From NCBI GenBank assembly GCA_002633005.1, contig NMRA01000040.1, positions 513,362-577,361 of the forward strand: DNA of 64,000 bases, read 5' to 3'. Positions within the stretch are counted from its first letter, which is position 1, and each line of letters opens with the position of its first letter. A program made the translations under genes and the position numbers. This stretch comes from Phoronis australis (Eukaryota; Animalia; Phoronida). A model generated the notes under the pieces. It searched no databases. It was not told the DNA's origin and was given only the letters and a program-made list of their open reading frames with translations. Positions 54,786 through 64,000 of the stretch are shown here, in pieces.

Positions 54786-56154
54786 GTCGATTCCCCATTA
54801 CGATTGTGTACCCGAAATGTTTCACTGAGTGATGTCTTGCGAAGAGTTTTTTTTGTGTGTTGGCAAGAGAAATTCTTTAGTTTGACTCTTAAAATATGGA
54901 GGACTGACTCAACTTAATTGTCAGCAAAACCAGTATTAAAAGTCGTTTCTCTTCCCACACATACAGAATGAAGCTCTGCTTGTAGGCTTGGTAGTTAAAG
55001 TGGCACTTCATCCGTGGCTTCAGTCAAAAAACCTGGTTTTGTTTTATGTCACTTACCTTTATTAAACTGGTCTCATCTGAGGAATGAGTTCTGGGATTTG
55101 AAAGAACTAACTTCGTTATTTCTTCAGGCGAAGCTCATGATATTTCAGGTCATGTGACCTGAATCATGGGCGTGGTGTAAAGGAATAGCAAAACATCCGT
55201 TCTTCCACTAACTGGAAATCATTCCTCATCTCAGCAGGCAACAATTTGAAGTCACTAAGCGGTAAGTGGCATAAATCTACATTTTTTGACAGAAAGCATG
55301 GTTTTAATGCCGTTTTAGTTGCCCCTGTTTGAGACTGGCGATTTAGTGTGCTCTTCCGTTAATAGTTACTTACCGAAGTTTGCTCCACCCACCCCAGCAT
55401 TATTGACAGGTGTTTACCAACTGCGTATGACTAACAAGGTACACGCACGGAATGATTAATGCCCTCTGCCTGGTGATTCGTTGCTAAGCGTTTTTAAAAG
55501 ACGTTACTTTCATTTTCTAGTTTAGTTTTCAACTTCATTTTTGATGGGCCCATTCAATTTTGCTACCATAGCCGCTGTAGCTACTTTGCATATCTTGGGT
55601 GAGTCTATTATAATAGTATTTGAGGGTGTGTCCAGGTTTATGCTTACTAGTACCTTATTCAGAAGTGTTGGGAATTTTGCAACCGTTTGTACCCCAAATT
55701 ATATTTTCATATTTCATTTATCAGTTACAGTTTTGCCACATATTATTGTGTGATTGTGAAATTTGTATCTTATTTTTTAAGACAATAGTGTCCTTTTATG
55801 ACTACATATTTTATGAAAAAGGTGTAATTTTTTTCATCGTTTTCTTTCTGACTAAATAATCGGTAATTAAAAGAAATCGGTCATTATTTTACATCTGTTC
55901 CATTTTTGTTTCCATTCGCTGACAGTTTCTCCGCATAGTTCTTTTCTAATTAGAAATTTTCATAATACAATTTATGATTGATTGCTATGACATCTGGTGT
56001 GATTTTTGCTTTGCCATTCAAATACTTCTAGCTTTTTCAGCTCTCCTGTTTGACGAACGCCGCATTTCCACACGCTGCTATTTTTCTGTAGTGGTGATAG
56101 CCGGTTGTTTTTTTCCTCTTAACCATCTTGGCTTCCATCTTTGACTGTTTACAG

Positions 56155-56256
56155 CTGGAGAGCATGTTCCTACTGATGGACAGCGGCAAGCTCGACCCTC
56201 ACATCGCACAGCCAAACACGTGGTCGTCGGGTGATGGCAGCGTAATGTTGCCAGAC
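56155..56256 (+). CDS. MICU3: Candidate alternative exon B after EF-hand 1, phase 0 to 0 (other donors at 56268, phase 0, and 56230, phase 1)
   Basis: Acceptor tttgactgtttacag, donors GAC/gtgagc and AAT/gtacgt. GC-rich island reading LESMFLLMDSGKLDPHIAQPNTWSSGDGSVMLPD(VSAN). The start LESMF resembles LEKIF of the core exon. Confidence 0.6.
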
Positions 56257-56516
56257 GTGAGCGCCAATGTACGTTTCGCAACATTGGGCCCACTGGTCCA
56301 GTGTCCCTCGCAATGACACCGCTAACTGTACATGTCTTTCCAAGTGTGGTCCCTGGGAGCAGCATTAGGATTAGTCGCCATATTCAAATCACGTTTGTCG
56401 AACACTAATGAGTTGTTCCTAAATGCGCTTCTGACTTAAACCATATATTTTATAGAAGGAACATTCTGATATCTATAACAGCACCTAGTATTATTTATTG
56501 ATGGTTGTTGTGTTTC

Positions 56517-56858
56517 TTATCGTGGTTCCTGCTTATCATGGAAATCTTTGGATATGTGAAATATGATAAAAGTATTTTCTGTTGGTTGAAAATAATGGAA
56601 TGTAAAGGACAAAAGCCCATGCAAACCTCTTAAAAAATTTCCTTGAATCTTTTTTAAGTCGTATCGCAAATTTTTTTATTCTCAGACTGCACTTTAATTT
56701 TGCTCCAGTGAAAATTGATTATTTTTCAGAAATAGTTGTGTGGAGTACAAGACCTATTTTCTAAGTCTTTCTTAATGAAATTATCCCGAACTTCTGTCTG
56801 AAGCTGGTCCCCGGAAAACTCATGAAAATGGAAACACAACAAGCAGGAACCGTGATAA
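56517..56858. repeat. Inverted repeat pair (possible MITE ends) between candidate alternative exons
   Basis: ttatcgtggttcctgctt (56517-56534) and aagcaggaaccgtgataa (56841-56858): 16/18 Watson-Crick, and the other two positions are G-U compatible. Confidence 0.6.
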
Positions 56859-57120
56859 ATGCACAACTTACAGATTTTCACTGGTCACTGACCCTGAATC
56901 GTTCGCGGTTCTACTCATGTGTAGAAGTTCCTTAAAGATGTACAGAATGATGTTGTTTTGATCTTGTCATCCAGACCAAGATCACTGTAATTAATGGTCC
57001 ACCCTTAACTGAGCTCATGTGCCTTATGCCAGTCCCATAATAAATCAGTACGCTATTTGCCTAGACTGCTTCCTATGGACCACACTTACTTAAGCCAAAG
57101 GTCTTGCACTAACCCGCTAG

Positions 57121-57248
57121 CCCCTGGGTATGACAAATGTCTGTGCACGGCCTGTTTAATGTTCAGAAAACTTTGCCAAACTTCTTGCACTAACCCTCTA
57201 CCTACAGGGCATGTCGTGCGCCCTGCTGTAAAACATTTGTCCAAGAAA
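57121..57248 (+). CDS. Candidate paired 7-nt microexon (57121-57127) and 41-nt exon (57208-57248), together phase 0 to 0
   Basis: cactaacccgctag/CCCCTGG/gtatga, then an 80-nt intron, then cactaaccctctacctacag/GGCATG...AAGAAA/gtgaga. Joined 48 nt = PLGHVVRPAVKHLSKK. Confidence 0.35.
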
Positions 57249-60152
57249 GTGAGATGCGAGCTATTCGTCTCTACGGCATGCATAGCTGTTTTGGCGCTTT
57301 TTGTGTTATTCCGAGAAGCGGTTTTGGGATATTTGATGGCGCTTATCAAGTTGTGGTCAGTGGCAAGAAACTACTGAGCACTGATTTTATTCTCTAGTTT
57401 TTTTTGTTGGTCTGTGTCGGTCCTGCTTCGTAAGTTTAAACTACCATTAACAAAATACTAGTCTTGATCCATACAGGCATATCAGTTGTGGAGTGAACTG
57501 AATCATTTCAACTTACTACTACCATTGAAAACTGTGACATTTTCTTTGATGTGGGGAAAGGGGTTGAATGTGTCGCGTGTTTTTACCATGGACTTGAGTC
57601 GTTGCATGGCTTGACTGGGCTTACAGTTTGGACAATACAAAGTCATGGTCATTTTTACTGAAAATTTCCAGTAATTATGTATTGCTATGAGAGTTGGTTA
57701 ATTAGTTTACACATTTTAAGTTTTCAACCCATGTGACTTCCAGTTTGACATTTCCACAGTTTAGTTTCTCTACTTTTCTGATTACAGTTTGGAAATGATG
57801 TCTATACCATCCTCTAGTCATAATCTTTGTATCCTCCATAAGATGGCACTTTTATTTGCAAATGCTATGTTCTTACTGATATAGACATGCCTGTTGTCCG
57901 CATGAATCTCATTAAAATGACAATCCAAAAATACACCTTCGCTATGGAATGGAATGCTGGTTTCCCATAAATGTTCATGTTATGCTATTCCGGTTATCAT
58001 TTATTTAGTCATTTTACTGTTTTCATGCACAAGGGAACTCTACGCCCAGACTGAAAACTTTTAAAAAACAAAAAATGCATTTTGAAGTGAAAAGCGCAGC
58101 TATGCGGACGAGGCCTTTTGTCGCATGAACAGCCGTTCAGTCTAACGGAAGTTTTGTCCGCTCACCAGTACCCTATTACCCAATTCGTTACTTAAAATTT
58201 CCTGTAGTTTCTGGCTTGTTAACTCCCATTTCCAGTACTTTGCTTGTGTGACTTGCATCCTCATGACTAGCTTTTGCATTAGGAAATGCGTTTTACACAG
58301 CCAAGCTTTCATAAATGTCATGTTTCACAATGGCAGGGTTTATTCCTAACATGATAATTGAGTTTCTTTGAATTATATTGCAAGTACTGATTGTTATGTG
58401 TTTTCCCAAAGAACATAAACTTTAATTCTAACATTGAAACTCCATGTGAATTCTCTGTTAATGCATGTCTTACTAATGATAATTCTTTTTGCCATGTGGA
58501 CTCTGACTCCAGGAATGTGCAACTCTGATGTATACAATACTAACACAAAGCATGGATTCGATTCAATTTCAGATAACAGAAACACGTCACGTTTCACGCT
58601 AACTTCAAATTCTGCTATTTTTATAATTTTCAATTTCGTTTTCGAAATATAAGCTATCCTAGTCTACACTGATCTTTTACCTAGAACTTGTTTTCACTTC
58701 ATTTCTAGATTATGAATCTGAAGTAATGAGGTCTATATTAGCCAAAAGAACATGGATGGTTCTGTTCTTTACCTGACTCATTTTGAGACCTGCACTCACC
58801 AATGCCTGCCTGTGTCAGTTGCAGCCTGGGTTTTGTGGTTTTTGAAAAGTTTCCTAGAGGCGCGCAGCTGTGGTAAGCAAGGTTTGAAACACCACGATTT
58901 GCCAAGCGACATGTCAAAGGTCTTTGGTAGATTTTTTTGAGAAAGCGAGCAACTAAAGAAACATCACGCTGGCGCACTACTGACTTGATTTTCAATAAAA
59001 CAGAACCAACCATGGTTTTTTGGTCTTGTGGTAACTTGTAAGTTATTTTGCACGGAAGGAATTACCGAATCTTTGTTTTTCATTTCTTAAATGCTGGCTA
59101 TCTTTCTTTGAGTCCGGTAATCTTGATTTAACTGTCTTTATATACAAGCAGCTGCGGTGGCAAAACTTTGTCTGAATAATGACGTAGAACTTTGGCAGTT
59201 GGTGAGAACATTGAGGATCGAGGTGAAGTAGGACTGTTGACAAGTCTGCATTCAGTTGATTATTTTGTAAAACGATGAAATTTAAATCTGTAAAAGTATG
59301 TAGTTTCAGAACGTAGAGAGCCTGGTAGACTTTGAAGTTTGACCTTGTACCTGTCTGTCATTGATTGGGTCACTCTGCCATGTCTTTTTAGTAAAGTTTA
59401 GCCAAATAAAGGCATCAATATCATGGTCAGATTTCATTTGATATCGATGACAGATAAAATCTCCAAAATGCTTTACAGTTTTCTAAACCATGTATCATGA
59501 TTTTGTGATCAAGCAACTTTTGCGTTTTTCCATGGAAATCATACAAATCCTATTTGTTAATAGCCCCTCTTGCAAAACTGGATCATTTTAATAGCAATTC
59601 TTAACAAGGGTTTGGAGAGTAGTGCACGAAGAATGCTTTTTGAAAGTTTCATTTGAATCTGTTCAGCCATTTCTAAGATATGTTCAGAAGGTAGCCATGT
59701 TTGTAGATTTGTCTGGGGTCCTATGTAATCTTAAAGCACCAACTTTCTGCAGTCATATTGTGTGAAGAATTGTCTATGTGACATTAATGCTGCTTACCTT
59801 GTCTAGTTTTGTTGTTAATCATGCAACATTTGATTCACCTTGTATTTTTGTTTCCTCAAATTTCTCCTTGGAGGTGAATGTTATGTGTGTGTGTGTGTGC
59901 GTGAACCTCGGTCATACGGACATTCTCCACTATGAAAGTCACACGTACAGAAAACATTCACATTTGAGGTGAAATTTTAGGCAATACAAAAATACCCAAA
60001 AGTGTTCCAGATGGATCGTGCTATACAGCACTTATAGGTACTTAAAATCAAAATGACATCAACGAGTAGTGCTGAAAAAGAAAACCAAGAGAGTTGTTTC
60101 AAAATCCCATTTAGTCAAGTAATGTATCAAATTGTGAACGTGTTTGTTGCAG

Positions 60153-60227
60153 CTAGAAAAAATTTTCAGCATTTCACCTAGCGAAGCTGTAGATGTCACT
60201 GGGAGTCTGAAGAAAAATGTTTGGGAT
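60153..60227 (+). CDS. MICU3: MICU2/3-family exon following EF-hand 1, phase 0 to 0
   Basis: Acceptor tgtttgttgcag, best phase-0 donor GAT/gtaggt. Translates LEKIFSISPSEAVDVTGSLKKNVWD; EFLV-LEKIFS continues the exit helix as in MICU3-type proteins. The 3' border is less certain (alternative 60218). Confidence 0.85.
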
Positions 60228-63104
60228 GTAGGTATTTCACCATTACATGTGTTGTGGCCAGATGTTAAGATTTGATAAGTTAGTCTTTCTACGTCCTGTT
60301 CATTCAACTCTGGATTTGACCAGCATGCAGTTTGTACCAGTCTCGCCTTAATTGCTCGTGTTTGGTTACTTTTTATGTTTATGGATCCCTCTTCTGATTC
60401 TGTATTTTTGTTTGCTACAAATCAGGATTATGTAATGTGGCATAGTTTAAAAACAGTTGCTTGTATTGAGTTTTTGTGTTCCTTTTCTATCGGTCTGATT
60501 TTGTCAAATTAGGTTGAATCTAAGACTATATTGGTTTGTTTAAATTTGTGCATTTTGATAGTTGCAGCTATCAATCCGCCTTTTGTCAAGAGTAACTTAC
60601 GATTTAGGCCACATGCCATTAGAAAACTGAAGTTGACTGGTGCCTTCCTCAGATTAGGAATGAGTTCTAGGATTGAGAAGAACTTAAAAAGTTCAACGTG
60701 TTATTGCTTGGGACTATAAGGACCTGCTGATCCTGATCTCAACCAATAACTGTTTGTTCTCAAGCACAAAAATCATTTTGAATGTGATTGAGCAATGAAT
60801 TGAAGTCCGTGTTGATAAGGGTAATTGGTTGAAATCAAAAGATGGTTTGTATACTCCTGCAAAGCATTTTGTGGTCGCATGTGATCATCATCCTGTCCGT
60901 CTGCTTGACTGATGAATCATGATGAAATTTGGCGCCAAGTTATATGACATGGGATATGCCGAAAGCAGGAGATTTCTGACAGATTTAACTACCGTGATAC
61001 CCCCTCTTGGCTGTTTTAATTTAGGATAAGCAATTCTTTGTAGGTCAAATTTTGTCTAAATGACATGATGAATTTTGACGCAACTTGAGACGGATATAAG
61101 GGAATGTGCTGGCCGGCACTAGTTCATATTCGTGTGACTCATTGTGGCACCCGATGTTGGAGTCTAGCTTTCAACATGAAATTACTTGTATTAAATTAAA
61201 TATGAATTATTACTTGGTCAAGTGATCTGCCCATGTAAGATTCTTTAGAGTTATCTATTTGATGCACAAGCAACTGCTTCATTAATTTTTAGCAAAACGA
61301 CCTGTGAAGAATTTTGCCAAAATTTGACTCAAAGCTATATGGTGGTGACGCACCGACAGCAGTTGCTTTTCCACTACCCTGACACCATTCGGTGTCAAGT
61401 TTAGGTGGAATGCACTGGCGCCAGTTGATCATCAGACAGCTTGGACTACTGTAGCACCCCCTGTGGCCAATTTTAGTTGTTGACAGGATGTTGCTTGCCC
61501 ATTGATTAGCTGGACAGATATTTTGATGGACTTTGACAGAGAGGTGAACGGCTGGGTGCGCTTGTACCAGTCAATTTTCTATGGTATCATCACTGGCTAA
61601 ATTAGCTGTGAATTCTGTTCCATGGAATTAATCAACACACCTTGAAGTGTATTGTTTGTGGTGAAATCATGGGTGCATAATGTAGTGCCTGGTCTTGCTC
61701 TGATGCCTGATTCATACCAGCGTGAATTGTGGATTTTGTGTTTCAGAATTGCCTGTTAGCAGTTTTGTGTTTATCATTTAGCATGTGTAGTATTTTGGTT
61801 TGTGTGCCATTGTGTTGCTGGAGAAAAACCATTTAGTTGTTTGTAGTTGTACAGTTACGGGAAGATTGCTTGTTAGAGGTGATGTAGTGCTTAGGACAGT
61901 TGAACTGTGATTCTGACGTGAAGCCTAAAGGTGATGTTGACAAACTTTTGACAGTGCACTTGCTTTGTGGAGTTGCATGTCGCACTCTTCTCTTAACGAC
62001 TAACGGATGTGTTTGCTACTAACAGAGTATAACGGTTAAAAGCTTTTTTAATAATTATGCACTCGGTCAAAGAAATCAATTTTTGATCTAGACCACTTAA
62101 AAACCGCTATGAACTTAGTCTTGGCTTGTTTCTTACTCAGTTGCAAAGTGGTTTCTGGGCCTTGGAAAAAGCTGACAGTTCATCATTGCTTGTGATCATA
62201 CTTGGTGCATATGTTGACGGTGTGAAAAGTAAACTTGTAGAGCTTGGTCTCGATCAATGCTGAACTGTCAGTTGTTTTCAAGCTCACAAATCTCTTATTT
62301 GACTAAGAAACAATTTGAGGCCAATGTCACAAGAGCAAGTGGTATAAATCAAAATTATTTTTTGTGACCAAGGCTGGTGTATAATCGCTTTATTCTGTGT
62401 TCGGTCTTGTTGTGTAGGTTTTAACTGACATTAACACTTACTAATAAAACGTCTAAGACTTTTTGTGTAGATTTGTTAACTACCATAATTGAGCAGTAGA
62501 TTTTAGTAGTTGCAATATTTCATCTATCTCTCTTAATAATTTCAAGAGCCAGCAAAAGATGACCTGTTTGCCCTTTCGTAATGCTGTTAAGAAACCTTGA
62601 GAACTGAGACTATAGTCCTGCCTAGAGTTAATGGGTCTTTTGAATGTAGTCAAATTATGAGTGATTCAACCTGGCATACCTTAATAAAACTTAACATTGC
62701 AGGGAATAAAGAGTCCCCTTCTACAGAATATGACGGAATGGCAGTCGCAGGCCTTCCCGCATTTTTCGTTTTACTACCAGTGCGACCTCTGCTGTTGAGT
62801 AACTACTATGCACTCTGTCAGATTTAACATGTCCGAAACCTGTGGCAGAGAGCAATTACTCACCAACAGAGGTCGCACCGGCACAACAACACGGAAAAAG
62901 CGGGAAGACCAGGGACAGCCATTCCAAGGGGACTGTTGTGTTCCCCGTAACATAAAGCTGTATTAGGGTATGTCCAATTAAATCACTTGACTGCATGCAC
63001 GGACCTGGATGAATCACAATTTATATCAGCTTATTGGTCTTTTGAATGGTTTTTAATGACTGTTCATGAATGAAATGGATGTCTAATTTCTGACACCTTA
63101 ATAG

Positions 63105-63202
63105 GCTAAGACTGGGGACATTGATTACGTCGACACGACCCTCCTCGTTCACCTGTTTGGGCAGAAAGGAAAAGACACTCTGCGTTATGAGGACTTCCAC
63201 AG
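63105..63202 (+). CDS. MICU3: MICU2/3-family internal coding exon, phase 0 to 2
   Basis: Acceptor ctgacaccttaatag, donor CAG/gttaga, 98 nt. Translates AKTGDIDYVDTTLLVHLFGQKGKDTLRYEDFH(R), matching MICU3 DTTLLVHFFGxKGKxxLxxEDFxR. Confidence 0.96.
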
Positions 63203-64000
63203 GTTAGACCCATCTACGGAATTCATCGCAGTGATTAGGCTAGATTTGTGGGCAAATCTAAGGCCGTTATTTATTCGTCTGTCAGAAACATTTTTAACTG
63301 TTTTTTCATTTGAAGCACTTAACATTATGAAACGGGGTTCATCCTGTTCTTTTCTCACTAGAGAAGTGTATTCTGGGATTGGGAAGTACTGGGAGTTCGG
63401 TAGTGTGCACTTGAGGTCATGCTTGGTGCATGAAATGACTCGTCAAGTCAACTCTAACTTTTTTTAAAACGAACCATGGTTTGCTCCAAGTTCAAACAGA
63501 AGTCAGTTCTAATCTGTTGAGATAGGAGCATTTTGAGAACAGTTTCATTGTATAAAGTGTCAAGTCAGCTGGTGCATAGCAGCTGTTCAAAGCTCTCTTG
63601 TTGAAAATGCATCAGAAGCTACAATTTAAAACTGGTTTAGAACAAGTTTGTAATGGTTTAACATGGCAGATGTAACCCTCCTAGTAATGAAGACTCACCT
63701 GGCTTCATAACTTGAATTCTTTCTTTTGATAGGCACAAAATTTACAAGAGACACTCCAGCCTTTCAACACAGGTCACACATATTAGTTGAACTGTGTTTT
63801 TCTGCAGTGTTTTTTACTAAATCCTCAATATTCAGGACATAGACGTATTCTGAAGAAAATAAAATTTGTGACAGGTGTTATGGCGGTTATCAGCCCTGAT
63901 TTTTGTTTCTGTCGCACAACTTTGAAGCTGTCTGAATAAAAGAAAATACAATTCAATAAAAATGACATCGGATAAACAACGCTTTAGCATTGTGAATACA

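Noticed and set aside
58709-58872. Acceptor atttctag and donor GTG/gtaagc as a possible exon
   Set aside because: All frames from the acceptor hit stops. Only a 14-nt phase 1>0 microexon would fit, with no supporting evidence.
1-64000. Remaining 60-120 aa ORFs in the supplied track; a prokaryotic operon or defence system
   Set aside because: ORFs are short, often lack ATG starts and carry no recognisable domains. The spliced MICU gene structure shows that the window is mostly intron.

Overview
This is eukaryotic (metazoan invertebrate-like, AT-rich) genomic DNA, not prokaryotic. Almost none of the supplied ORFs are genes. The window is the interior of one + strand, intron-rich gene of the MICU2/MICU3 family (mitochondrial calcium uptake protein, EF-hand gatekeeper of the MCU uniporter; closest in motifs to MICU3). 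Six core exons have canonical AG/GT borders and compatible phases: 10939-11083, 27258-27368, 47565-47612, 52838-52920, 60153-60227 and 63105-63202. Spliced, they read AEKPEACKVAVLGRREKRFLDFASVEFNGKIYMTPQDFLESVTEETPRPRRARTKLESPDVLSWLQKTPARSRGSTHFFRSLHDKGLLSYTEYLFLLCVLTKPHSGFGIAFNMFDTDGNKKVDKTEFLVLEKIFSISPSEAVDVTGSLKKNVWDAKTGDIDYVDTTLLVHLFGQKGKDTLRYEDFHR. I found no compatible first coding exon, and the C-terminal exons lie beyond the window. The most interesting signal is a cluster of frame-preserving candidate alternative exons and microexons just after EF-hand 1 (54.6-62.0 kb). It includes a 7-nt + 41-nt pair that restores frame only when both are included. The introns hold a 2.4 kb TA-flanked pogo/Tc2-like non-autonomous transposon, several MITE-like inverted-repeat elements, a tRNA-derived SINE head, a possible decayed LINE fragment and several minisatellites. 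All calls were made by eye; no database search was run.
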